Shown: one piece after another, positions 6,646-15,136 of the stretch
How positions within the stretch are numbered: the stretch's first letter is position 1
Layout: each line of letters opens with the position of its first letter
Assembly: GCF_001306055.1 (NCBI RefSeq)
Contig: NZ_LGHJ01000016.1
Span: 30,001-62,000 of the forward strand
DNA length: 32,000 nucleotides
From: Bellilinea caldifistulae
Lineage (GTDB): Bacteria; Chloroflexota; Anaerolineae; Anaerolineales; Anaerolineaceae
Direction of reading: 5' to 3'
Notes under the pieces: model-generated
Told to the model about the DNA's origin: nothing
The model's input: only the letters and a program-made list of their open reading frames with translations
Databases searched by the model: none
Position numbers and translations under genes: made by a program

Positions 6646-8481
6646 TTATTTTTGAGGGCTGTTTGACTTTTCTTGGGTTGATTCTACCACGCCTTCGACA
6701 AAAGCTTCAACAACTTCGGGGGCAAATTGTTTTCCGGCCGATTCTTTTAAGTTTTCAAGGGCTTCTTCAGTGGTTACAGCCGTCCGATAGGGTAATTCAG
6801 CGGTCATAACCGTGAAGGCTTCCGCCACTGCAATGATGGAACTGGCGAGAGGAATGTCTTCCTTTTTGAGCTGATCGGGATAGCCTGTGCCGTCCCAATG
6901 TTCTTGATGGTGATAGATCCATGGCACAATCCGGTTGAAGACATTCATTTGTTTGACGATTTGTGCCCCATAATAGGGATGCATCTGAATCATCTTCCAT
7001 TCCTGAGAGGTAAGGGGTTTTACCTTTGTCAAGATGGTTTCGGGAATGGAAATTTTACCAATATCGTGTAGTAAAGCGGCAATTTCAAGAAATTCAAGGT
7101 CGCCACTCGACCAGGCCAGTTTCTTGCCAGTATCCACCGCCAGCCGGGCAACTTTCTCCGAATGGCCGATCATGTAACGATCGCGTTGGTCAATGGCGGC
7201 AACCAACACGCGCGCCAGCCCAATCAAGGGGGATAAACCGCCAACTCCCGGAATAATCGAAGGTGCCAACCCCTGGGTAAACCCGGAGCGGCGGCGTTCG
7301 CCGATTGCAACTTCCAGCTCGACGGTGTTTTCGTAGAAATTCAGGAAGTTTTCCACGCGCTCCAGCATGATCTTCAGGTTGTGATATTGTCCAGTTGACC
7401 AGAGCGCAGGGATTTGTTCGTACATTATGGTGGAAGAACGGGAAATTTCGGCTTGTGGAATAATCCTTTTACCGTAGGAAGAGAGCAGGTCGTGCAAAGC
7501 AATCAGGCGGGAAAACCGTTCACCGACCCGTTGAATTTGTTTAGAGAGGGTGGGATATTCGCGGATGGTTTCTTCGAGAGAGCGAATTCGGGCAAGCACC
7601 GTTTCTACGCTGGCGTTTTTCAAATCCTTCATCGTTAGGATCTCGGTGATGTGCTCGTTCCAAACTTTTTGAGCATCCTCCAGGGTAAGAACTTCGTTGC
7701 CATAAACAATGGGTTCGTCGTCCTTGCATTGATGCTCCACATAGCTCAAGGCTTTTTTGAGGGATTCATAAGCGGCTTCGATACGCTCTTGATTTTCTTT
7801 TTGACGAAGCTCTTCCTGTCTGCGCTGCTCCCGAATAATTTGCATGCGATTGTAAAAATCCATGCCTTTGGGGGCTTTTTGCAAGAGGGCGATTAAGTGT
7901 TCCTGTTGTTCGGATATTTTGACCCATTCTTGATGAAGGTCGCGTAATGTTTGCAAGTTTCGGAAGATAAGCGAACGTTTCTTCGTTCTTTCTTCAAGTT
8001 GGGGAATCTGATTAACAATCTGATCGTACACTTCCTGAATTTCTTCTTCAATGCGGGGTGCTTTATAAGTCAGGTTGGCAAAGGTCAACCGATATACCAT
8101 AAAGTGCTTTTCGATTTCCTTCATCCGTTGCTGTGTTCGAGCAGGAAAAGATCGAATTTCACGGCGAAGCCATTTCCATTCCTCAACCGTATCGGTGACT
8201 ACCTTTATGCGACGTTGTATCCAGTTCTGCTTTGGTGGGGCAGGCTCTGGGTTCACTTCGGCTACGGGAGTGGTCTTTTCGACGGTAATATTCTGTTCTG
8301 AAACCGTGCTTGCCCCTTCTTCAGACTTTTCGGATAGGCTTACCGATGAATCAATGGTATCCGTCTCAAGTTCGGGATGGTCAATTTCTAAAGATGATGA
8401 ATCGCTCACGGCGTCCCTCTGCAATTGCTCTCTGTCTGACTCTGGATGATCAGATAAATCTTGGTTGTGGAGGGTGTTCAT
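6646..8481 (-). CDS. HD-GYP domain protein (putative c-di-GMP phosphodiesterase) with a long N-terminal helical region
   Basis: 611 aa. The C-terminal part (about nt 6697-7224) has HSEKVARLA, LHDIGKISIP and HHQEHWDGTGYPD (the HD-GYP signature). The N-terminal ~420 aa start acidic and Ser-rich, then turn charged and heptad-like helical. An AAGGGGGA SD precedes the ATG. Confidence 0.85.
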   Translation of the reverse strand: MNTLHNQDLSDHPESDREQLQRDAVSDSSSLEIDHPELETDTIDSSVSLSEKSEEGASTVSEQNITVEKTTPVAEVNPEPAPPKQNWIQRRIKVVTDTVEEWKWLRREIRSFPARTQQRMKEIEKHFMVYRLTFANLTYKAPRIEEEIQEVYDQIVNQIPQLEERTKKRSLIFRNLQTLRDLHQEWVKISEQQEHLIALLQKAPKGMDFYNRMQIIREQRRQEELRQKENQERIEAAYESLKKALSYVEHQCKDDEPIVYGNEVLTLEDAQKVWNEHITEILTMKDLKNASVETVLARIRSLEETIREYPTLSKQIQRVGERFSRLIALHDLLSSYGKRIIPQAEISRSSTIMYEQIPALWSTGQYHNLKIMLERVENFLNFYENTVELEVAIGERRRSGFTQGLAPSIIPGVGGLSPLIGLARVLVAAIDQRDRYMIGHSEKVARLAVDTGKKLAWSSGDLEFLEIAALLHDIGKISIPETILTKVKPLTSQEWKMIQMHPYYGAQIVKQMNVFNRIVPWIYHHQEHWDGTGYPDQLKKEDIPLASSIIAVAEAFTVMTAELPYRTAVTTEEALENLKESAGKQFAPEVVEAFVEGVVESTQEKSNSPQK

Positions 8482-8498
8482 ATTGAGTCCCCCTTTTC

Positions 8499-8504
8499 AT
8501 TATA
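8499..8504 (-). promoter_or_regulatory. Candidate -10 hexamer (TATAAT) for the HD-GYP operon
   Basis: The minus strand reads GTGTATAATGAAAAGGGGGACTCAATATG. A perfect TATAAT sits 17 nt before the ATG at 8481, inside an AT-rich intergenic region. Confidence 0.4.
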
Positions 8505-8620
8505 CACAAATTTCGCCCAATACAATCCCTTGAATTTTGCTTCTTGAAATACATTTATTATTATAATTACTTTAACTCCAAAAATTGTTTATAATTTTCT
8601 TAAGTCTCAAATTCTACACA

Positions 8621-8649
8621 TTGTTTTCCGCCCGCTTTGTTTGTATAAT
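8621..8649 (+). promoter_or_regulatory. Candidate sigma70-type promoter (TTGTTT-N17-TATAAT) for the TadZ/CpaE-like gene
   Basis: A perfect TATAAT lies at 8644-8649, with a TTG-containing -35 at 17-nt spacing. A GGGGG SD lies 7 nt before the ATG at 8677. Confidence 0.4.
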
Positions 8650-8676
8650 GAGAAAAGATTATTACGGGGGTGCACT

Positions 8677-9987
8677 ATGGAGCAATTTCTGGAAGAAAAT
8701 AAAAATAACGGAACCGGTCGTCGGGAGGTGGGTATGCACAGTGATGTGGGTGCGATATCGGTGATACTGGTTGAAAATATTCCACAAATGATCAAGCATC
8801 TGCAAAAAACGATAGGCCTGATTGATGATATTGAGCTGGTCAATTCGTGTATGTCTGCGCAGGAAGCGATCGAGGCGATTCGCGATTTGAAACCGGAAGT
8901 GGCTCTGATCGAGTATAACCTGCCGGATATGAACGGTATCAATCTGACGGAGATTATCCGTAAAGAATTCCCGCAAACTCAGGTAGTGCTGATCTCCCAA
9001 GATAATTACACAGATATTGTTCTGCAAGCCATACGGACTGGCGCCTGTGACTTTATCACCCATGAGGTTTCCATCAAAGAGTTGTCGGATGTGCTTCACC
9101 GGGCAGCAGCACTGGCACACAGCGAACGACAAAAGATCAGTGCGCCAGTGCTTGGGCCGGGAGGAGCTGCCGCCACACCGATGGGTGGGAAGGGTGCCAA
9201 CGGTCAAGTGATCGCGGTTTACAGTCCAAAGGGAGGGGTCGGAACCACTACGATTGCAGCCAACCTGGCTCTGGCGTTGATGGACATTGATCACGAAGCC
9301 AGAGTTGTTCTGGTGGATGGTAGTATGCAGTTTGGCGATGTTCATTTATTTTTCAACGAATTGGGACAATTATCGGTTCTGGACCTGGTGCCGCGGATTT
9401 ATGATTTGGATTTACAACTCGTTGAAAGTGTCATGCTCTTAAACCGGGCAACAGGATTGTACATTTTGCCGGCACCACCTCGTCCCGAATTTGCCGAAAA
9501 AATCAGTGGTGAAAATTTCACCCGTATCCTTGAATTCCTGCGCCGCTACTACGATTACATTGTGGTGAATACCGACTCATTCATATCCGATCCGGTGCTG
9601 GCCGCTTTGGATGCGGCAGAAGTGGTGGTGCTGGTCACTTCGCAGCAGATTAATGCCATCCGCAACACCCGTCTGTTCCTGGATTTGTGGGATGCGTTTG
9701 GAATGTCGCGTGATCGGGTTGCGATGGTGGTTAATCGCTTCAATCCAGATAATCCGATTAGTGTCGAAAAAATCAGTGAGCGGCTTAAACATGCGGTGAC
9801 GGTAACCCTGCCGGATGATCCGGAGTTGACCCAAAAATCTGATGCACTGGGACAGCCCGTTTTGAGAGTCAACAAAAGTGCGGAATTATCGCAGGCGATT
9901 ATGACCCTGGGCGAAAATGTTCGCAAGAGAGGGATTGCCATTGAGCGGTCGGATGAGGTTCGCATGCGCCTGTTTTCAATTGCCTGA
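8677..9987 (+). CDS. TadZ/CpaE-like protein: degenerate receiver domain plus MinD/ParA-type P-loop ATPase
   Basis: The track ORF starts at TTG 8641, which overlaps the predicted -10. The ATG at 8677 has a GGGGG SD. The N-terminus has a CheY-like fold, but the acidic pocket is EN, the phospho-site is E (LIEYNLPDMNG) and K is replaced by H. The ATPase part has SPKGGVGTTTIAANLA (a deviant Walker A lacking the GK[ST] lysine, as I recall for TadZ/CpaE). Confidence 0.75.
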   Translation: MEQFLEENKNNGTGRREVGMHSDVGAISVILVENIPQMIKHLQKTIGLIDDIELVNSCMSAQEAIEAIRDLKPEVALIEYNLPDMNGINLTEIIRKEFPQTQVVLISQDNYTDIVLQAIRTGACDFITHEVSIKELSDVLHRAAALAHSERQKISAPVLGPGGAAATPMGGKGANGQVIAVYSPKGGVGTTTIAANLALALMDIDHEARVVLVDGSMQFGDVHLFFNELGQLSVLDLVPRIYDLDLQLVESVMLLNRATGLYILPAPPRPEFAEKISGENFTRILEFLRRYYDYIVVNTDSFISDPVLAALDAAEVVVLVTSQQINAIRNTRLFLDLWDAFGMSRDRVAMVVNRFNPDNPISVEKISERLKHAVTVTLPDDPELTQKSDALGQPVLRVNKSAELSQAIMTLGENVRKRGIAIERSDEVRMRLFSIA

Positions 9988-10011
9988 GATTCTAATATCG
10001 TCTGGTCTGGT

Positions 10012-10046
10012 ACAGAGCGCACCATGGTGGTGCGCTCTGTTACTTT
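10012..10046 (+). terminator. Intrinsic-terminator-like hairpin after the TadZ/CpaE-like gene
   Basis: A perfect 13-bp inverted repeat, ACAGAGCGCACCA (10012-10024) and TGGTGCGCTCTGT (10028-10040), is followed by TACTTTG. The T-tract is short, so this is not a textbook terminator. Confidence 0.5.
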
Positions 10047-10060
10047 GAGGGTAATTAGGG

Positions 10061-10066
10061 TATACT
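10061..10066 (+). promoter_or_regulatory. Candidate -10 (TATACT) immediately upstream of lepA
   Basis: TATACT ends 10 nt before the lepA ATG. No SD is visible in between, and no convincing -35 was found. Confidence 0.3.
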
Positions 10067-10076
10067 AACCTCGATT

Positions 10077-11879
10077 ATGGATAAGGAACACATCCGCAAT
10101 TTTTGCATCATTGCTCATATTGATCACGGAAAATCCACGCTGGCGGATCGGATGTTGCAATTGACCGGCACCATCTCAGACCGTGAGATGATGGACCAGG
10201 TCTTGGATTCGATGGATCTTGAACGAGAGAAGGGGGTAACCATCAAAGCCTCGGCTGTTCGGATGATCTATCAGGCTAAAAATGGTGAGTCATACGAACT
10301 TAACCTGATTGATACACCCGGGCATGTGGATTTCAGTTATGAAGTCAGCCGGGCTCTAATGGCTTGTGAGGGGGCCTTGTTGGTGGTGGATGCCACCCAG
10401 GGAATTGAAGCTCAAACGCTTGCCAATTTATATCTTGCCCTGGATGCTGATCTGGTGATCGTGCCGGTGATCAACAAGATAGATTTGCCTTCTGCGCGGG
10501 TGGATGAAGTAGCCGAAGATATCCACAATTTGCTGGGAATTGAACCGGAGAAAATTTTACGCATTTCAGCCAAAGAGGGGATTAATGTGGATCAAGTCCT
10601 TGAAACGGTCGTCAAGGAAATTCCACCACCTAAAGGCGACCTGGACGCCCCTTTGCAGGCGTTAATTTTCGATTCGCATTACGACTCGTATAAGGGGGTG
10701 GTGGCTTACGTGCGGGTCATGGATGGGAAAGTCAATCCCACGGATATGCTGCGGATGATGTCCACCAATGTGGACATCCGTCCGGTTGAGATCGGCGTTT
10801 TCTCACCGGATATGCGGCCGGTTAAGGAGCTGCAAGCAGGGGATGTGGGGTATATTGCCACCGGTTTGAAAACCGTTTCGGAATGCCGGGTGGGAGATAC
10901 CATAACCACCATTGTTCGGCCAGCCGAAAAACCATTGCCCGGCTTTCGGCATCCCAAGCCAATGGTCTTTGCCGGTATTTATCCGGTTGAAGGCGAAGAT
11001 TACGAAGACCTTAAGGAAGCACTGGAAAAACTTCAATTGAATGATGCCTCTCTGGTATTTGAGCCTGAAAAGTCACAAGCCTTGAATTTTGGTTTCCGCT
11101 GTGGCTTCCTTGGCCTGTTCCACATGGAGATCATTCAGGAACGATTGGAGCGTGAATACGATCTGGATATTGTCGTCACTGCGCCATCGGTTGAATATGA
11201 AGTTGTTTTGAACAGCGGCGAAGTGATACGCATCGATTCGCCGGCCCAATTACCCGATGAATCTCAGATTGCAGAAATCCGTGAGCCATGGATGATTTTA
11301 CAGATTATCACGCCAGTAGATTATTACGGCACCGTGATGGAATTGGTTAAGAAAAGACGCGGAATTTTTAAAGAACAGGAATACCCGGCTCCAACCCGGG
11401 TGCAATTGACATTTGAAATTCCCCTTTCGGAATTGATTGTGGATTTTTTTGACGAACTCAAATCGCGCACACGCGGCTATGCTTCCATGGATTATCACTT
11501 TGCCGATTACCGCCCTGGCAATTTGACCAAACTGGAAGTGCTGGTGGGGGGCGAACCGGTTGATGCGCTAGCAACCATTGTCCATCGTGACAATGCTTAT
11601 CATAAAGGACAGGCGCTGGTCAGCAAATTGAAAGAATTGATTCCCCGTCAATTGTTCGATGTGGCTATCCAGGCGTCTGCAAGCGGGCGGATTATCTCGC
11701 GGGCAAATGTCAAAGCCTTACGCAAAGACGTACTGGCAAAATGTTATGGCGGTGATATTACCCGCAAGAAGAAATTGCTTGAGAAACAAAAACGCGGTAA
11801 AAGGCGGATGAAAATGGTGGGGAATGTCGAAATTCCTCAGGAAGCCTTCATGGCCATTCTTCGCTTGGAGGAAGATTGA
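10077..11879 (+). CDS. lepA: Elongation factor 4 (LepA)
   Basis: 600 aa. It has [28 protein letters not shown] and NKID GTPase motifs. The characteristic LepA C-terminus is present ([22 protein letters not shown]). Confidence 0.95.
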   Translation: MDKEHIRNFCIIAHIDHGKSTLADRMLQLTGTISDREMMDQVLDSMDLEREKGVTIKASAVRMIYQAKNGESYELNLIDTPGHVDFSYEVSRALMACEGALLVVDATQGIEAQTLANLYLALDADLVIVPVINKIDLPSARVDEVAEDIHNLLGIEPEKILRISAKEGINVDQVLETVVKEIPPPKGDLDAPLQALIFDSHYDSYKGVVAYVRVMDGKVNPTDMLRMMSTNVDIRPVEIGVFSPDMRPVKELQAGDVGYIATGLKTVSECRVGDTITTIVRPAEKPLPGFRHPKPMVFAGIYPVEGEDYEDLKEALEKLQLNDASLVFEPEKSQALNFGFRCGFLGLFHMEIIQERLEREYDLDIVVTAPSVEYEVVLNSGEVIRIDSPAQLPDESQIAEIREPWMILQIITPVDYYGTVMELVKKRRGIFKEQEYPAPTRVQLTFEIPLSELIVDFFDELKSRTRGYASMDYHFADYRPGNLTKLEVLVGGEPVDALATIVHRDNAYHKGQALVSKLKELIPRQLFDVAIQASASGRIISRANVKALRKDVLAKCYGGDITRKKKLLEKQKRGKRRMKMVGNVEIPQEAFMAILRLEED

Positions 11880-12895
11880 ACCGTCAAACTAAAGGGACCA
11901 TAAAAAACGTCGGACGCTGGTTGCCCGGCGTGCTGATCAGTCTGATTGCCTTGTTTGTGGTTTTTCGGCTGGCTCAATGGGATGAATTGGGGCCGGCGAT
12001 TGCCAGAATACCCTTGCTTTTTATTCTGGCAGCAGTGCTCCTGACCCTGTTATTTTTGATGACGCGGGCAGTGGCATGGCGCGTCATTCTGGGCAATCAT
12101 GCCTCAGTCAGCCAGACTTTTTGGGCGATCAATCAGGGTTATCTTTTGAATAACCTGTTCCCTTTCCGGGCGGGTGAATTCGGAAGGGCTTTGCTGTTGG
12201 GGCAGGCTGCTCGCCTGCCGCCTGCCCGTGTGCTTTCCAGTATTGTGATTGAAAGGGCTTTCGATTTGGCAATTGCGGCGGGTTTGTTGCTGGCAACTTT
12301 ACCGCTGGCATTGGGTATGGCGTGGGCGCGTTCGGTTGCCATTTTGACTTTGGGATTGGTGATAGCCGGATTATTGATGTTGTTTCTCATGTCCCGCAAT
12401 CAGCAATGGGTTATTGGTCTGGTGGAAAAAATTGGGGCAAAATGGGGTTTTGTTCGCAGAGTAGTCGTTCCCCAATTAAATGCACTCATGCAAGGGTTAT
12501 CCACCTTGTCCGAACCGCGCCAGTTTCTTCTAAGCCTGTTTTGGATTGGGGTCTCGTGGGGAGTTGCCGTTTCCACTTATTACGTTTTCCTGCTGCCCAT
12601 TGATCCTCAAGCGCCATTCTGGTGGGGCATGTTCACCGATGCGGTTCTGGCAATGGGGATTGCCATCCCCTCGGCACCGGCTGCTTTGGGAACTTTTGAG
12701 GCTTCGATTGTTGGGGCATTGACGATTTTGGGGATTGATCAGACGGCTGCATTGGCGTATGCGATTACCCTTCACTTTATTCAATTCGTTGTTACCGGAA
12801 TTTTGGGTTTGATTGCCCTGGTTCGGCAGGGAAAATCGGTGGGAACATTTCTAAAGGATATTCAAGCCAAAGTCATCAATCCAACTTCATCCTGA
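11876..12895 (+). CDS. UPF0104 / lysyl-PG-synthase-TM-region-like ('flippase-like') polytopic membrane protein
   Basis: 339 aa with about 8 TM segments. It carries the [11 protein letters not shown] motif that I recall as typical of this family. The first in-frame ATG would delete TM1, so the TTG at 11876 (overlapping the lepA stop as TTGA) is the likely start. The exact start is uncertain. Confidence 0.65.
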   Translation: MNRQTKGTIKNVGRWLPGVLISLIALFVVFRLAQWDELGPAIARIPLLFILAAVLLTLLFLMTRAVAWRVILGNHASVSQTFWAINQGYLLNNLFPFRAGEFGRALLLGQAARLPPARVLSSIVIERAFDLAIAAGLLLATLPLALGMAWARSVAILTLGLVIAGLLMLFLMSRNQQWVIGLVEKIGAKWGFVRRVVVPQLNALMQGLSTLSEPRQFLLSLFWIGVSWGVAVSTYYVFLLPIDPQAPFWWGMFTDAVLAMGIAIPSAPAALGTFEASIVGALTILGIDQTAALAYAITLHFIQFVVTGILGLIALVRQGKSVGTFLKDIQAKVINPTSS

Positions 12896-12915
12896 AAATT
12901 GGAGGGAATGGTTTT

Positions 12916-13941
12916 ATGCCGAGAAATTACTTAATCACCGGTGGTGCAGGTTTTATCGGTTCGAATTATGTTGCCCGGCTGCTGCAAAGAGGCGAGCAGG
13001 TGATTGTGTATGATAACCTGTCACGCGCCGGTGCTGTCCGCAACCTGGCCTGGTTGAGAAAGACCTACGGTGAAAGCTCATTTCGGCTTGTTCAGGCAGA
13101 TGTTCGCGATTCTCAGTCACTTCAGGAAGTGGCCCAAGAGGCAGATGTGATTGTGCATCTAGCCGGTCAGGTCGCGGTCACCACTTCCGTCGTTGATCCA
13201 CGCACTGACTTTGAAATCAATGCAGCGGGAACTTTCAATATCTTGGAAGCGGCGCGGCTTTCGGGACGTGACCCAATTGTGATTTATGCATCAACCAACA
13301 AAGTGTATGGGGGGATGGAAGAGGTAAAAGTCAAGGAATTGGAAAGCCGTTATGCGTATGTGGATTATCCCTTTGGCATTCCAGAAACTTTTGGACTGGA
13401 TTTTCATTCCCCTTACGGTTGCTCGAAAGGGTGTGGTGACCAATACACTCGTGACTACGCCCGGATTTATGGCTTGCGGACGGTAGTCATGCGCCAATCC
13501 TGCATTTATGGCACCCGCCAGTTCGGAATTGAAGATCAGGGATGGGTGGCGTGGTTTGTCATCGCAGCGGTTAAACGGCTGCCCATTACAATCTATGGCG
13601 ATGGCAAGCAAGTGCGGGATATTCTTTTTGTTGAAGACTTGTGCGATGTCTATGACCTGGCGATTGAACACATTGATCTTGCGGCTGGTCAGGTCTTCAA
13701 TATCGGCGGCGGAGCCGATTTTACGATTTCCGTTTGGGAAGAATTTGGTCCATTGCTTGAAAAACTGCTCGGTGAAAGTATTCCCGTAAAAAGAGGGGAT
13801 TGGCGGCCGGGTGATCAGCGGGTTTTTATTTCCGATATACGCAAGGCGCAGGAAGTTCTGGGTTGGAAGCCAAAGGTGGGTGTCAAAGAAGGTATTCAGC
13901 GCCTTTTTGAGTGGGTGAAGACCAATCAGGATTTGTTTTAA
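12916..13941 (+). CDS. Extended SDR NDP-sugar epimerase, CDP-paratose 2-epimerase-like
   Basis: 341 aa. It has ITGGAGFIGSNY (Rossmann fold), DNLSRAG, HLAGQVAVTTS, STNKVYG and FHSPYGCSKGCGDQY (YxxxK). Collinear similarity runs throughout to the RfbE-type CDP-tyvelose/paratose epimerase as I recall it. A GGAGGG SD is present. Confidence 0.8.
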   Translation: MPRNYLITGGAGFIGSNYVARLLQRGEQVIVYDNLSRAGAVRNLAWLRKTYGESSFRLVQADVRDSQSLQEVAQEADVIVHLAGQVAVTTSVVDPRTDFEINAAGTFNILEAARLSGRDPIVIYASTNKVYGGMEEVKVKELESRYAYVDYPFGIPETFGLDFHSPYGCSKGCGDQYTRDYARIYGLRTVVMRQSCIYGTRQFGIEDQGWVAWFVIAAVKRLPITIYGDGKQVRDILFVEDLCDVYDLAIEHIDLAAGQVFNIGGGADFTISVWEEFGPLLEKLLGESIPVKRGDWRPGDQRVFISDIRKAQEVLGWKPKVGVKEGIQRLFEWVKTNQDLF

Positions 13942-13946
13942 GTCTT

Positions 13947-15116
13947 ATGCGTATTCTGATTATCCTGACTTATTACCGCCCTCATACCTCAGGGTTGACG
14001 ATTTACGCAGAAAGGTTGGCACAGGCTTTTGCCCGTCGGGGTCACACGGTAACGGTAATGACCTCACAGTATGATAAGTCGCTGCCGTTGGAAGAAATGG
14101 CTGGCGGAGTACGAATTGTGCGTGTGCCGGTTTTCATGCGGGTCAGTAAGGGAGTAATTATGCCTTCCTTTGGAGCAACCGCGAATCGGCTGGTGCGTGA
14201 ACATGATGTGATTCAACTGCACCTACCGCAGTTTGATGCTGCCGGAGTGGCTCTTCGCGGACGGTTATTAAGAAAACCTACCGTAATCACTTACCATTGT
14301 GATTTGAGAATGCCGCCGGGATTACTCAGTTGGGCAGCCAATCAGGCGGTATTGCTGATGAATGAACTGGCAGCCCAATTTACCCATCGAATTGTGACCT
14401 ACACCCAGGATTATGCAGAAAATTCGCCCTACCTGCGACGTTATTTGCACAAATTGAAGGTCATTCCTCCTCCCGTTGAATTGCCACGGGTGACTTCGGA
14501 GGCAGTTCGAGAATTCCGTCAGCGGACAAACCCGCAAGACCGTAAACCTGTGATTGGAATGGCCGCTCGCCTGGCAACCGAGAAAGGCGTGGAAGTGCTG
14601 GTTGAGGCACTGCCAAAGGTGCTGGAAGCCTATCCTCAAGCTCAGGTGCAATTTGCCGGCACTTACCAAAACATTGTGGGAGAAGAGGCGTATTATGCCA
14701 AAATCATGCCGCGCATTGCTCGTTTTCAGCAAATCGGAGCGTGGCAATTCCTTGGTAATCTCTCTCCTGATCAGATGGCTTGTTTTTACCCCAATTTGGA
14801 TGTGCTGGTTTTGCCGTCACTGAACTCAACCGAGGCTTTTGGGCTCGTCCAAATCGAAGCGATGATCAGTGGGACTCCCTCGATTGCTTCCAATTTACCG
14901 GGGGTTCGGCAGCCGGTCAAGATCCATGAGATGGGTAAAGTCGTTGAAATCGGTGACCCCCACAGTCTGGCAGAGGCATTGTTGGAAGTGCTGAGCAACC
15001 GGCAGGCGTTTATACGAGATCCTCAACCGATTCGCCAGCGCTATCTGCCGGATACAATTGCGCAAGAATACGAAAAATTATTCACCGAAATCCAACAAGA
15101 TCTTCGTAGATCCTGA
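13947..15116 (+). CDS. GT4-family (GT-B, retaining) glycosyltransferase
   Basis: The ATG at 13947 gives MRILIILTYYRPHTSGLTIY. An EX7E motif is present (EAFGLVQIEAMISGTP). The upstream extension in the track overlaps the epimerase gene. Confidence 0.8.
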   Translation: MRILIILTYYRPHTSGLTIYAERLAQAFARRGHTVTVMTSQYDKSLPLEEMAGGVRIVRVPVFMRVSKGVIMPSFGATANRLVREHDVIQLHLPQFDAAGVALRGRLLRKPTVITYHCDLRMPPGLLSWAANQAVLLMNELAAQFTHRIVTYTQDYAENSPYLRRYLHKLKVIPPPVELPRVTSEAVREFRQRTNPQDRKPVIGMAARLATEKGVEVLVEALPKVLEAYPQAQVQFAGTYQNIVGEEAYYAKIMPRIARFQQIGAWQFLGNLSPDQMACFYPNLDVLVLPSLNSTEAFGLVQIEAMISGTPSIASNLPGVRQPVKIHEMGKVVEIGDPHSLAEALLEVLSNRQAFIRDPQPIRQRYLPDTIAQEYEKLFTEIQQDLRRS

Positions 15117-15136
15117 TTTTTGAGGTTGAGAAGGCT

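Noticed and set aside
8641-8651. Extended -10 (TGnTATAAT) interpretation of the two TGTATAAT boxes
   Set aside because: The TG directly abuts TATAAT, with no spacer nucleotide. The strict extended -10 register is therefore not met, and only the core -10 is claimed.
8662-9345. 227-aa minus-strand ORF
   Set aside because: It is antisense to the receiver and P-loop region of the TadZ/CpaE-like gene. Its composition is rich in Arg, His and Gln, and no motifs or SD are present. It is typical of a shadow frame.
9555-10025. 156-aa minus-strand ORF spanning the end of the TadZ-like gene and the hairpin
   Set aside because: It is antisense to a well-supported CDS and its start lies inside the terminator hairpin. 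It has no recognisable domain.
13911-13946. Upstream alternative starts for the GT4 gene (13911), the DUF952 gene (TTG 23548) and the PAS-HK gene (TTG 28873)
   Set aside because: Each extension overlaps the preceding gene and adds non-conserved residues. The ATG codons at 13947, 23572 and 28897 give N-termini typical of the families.
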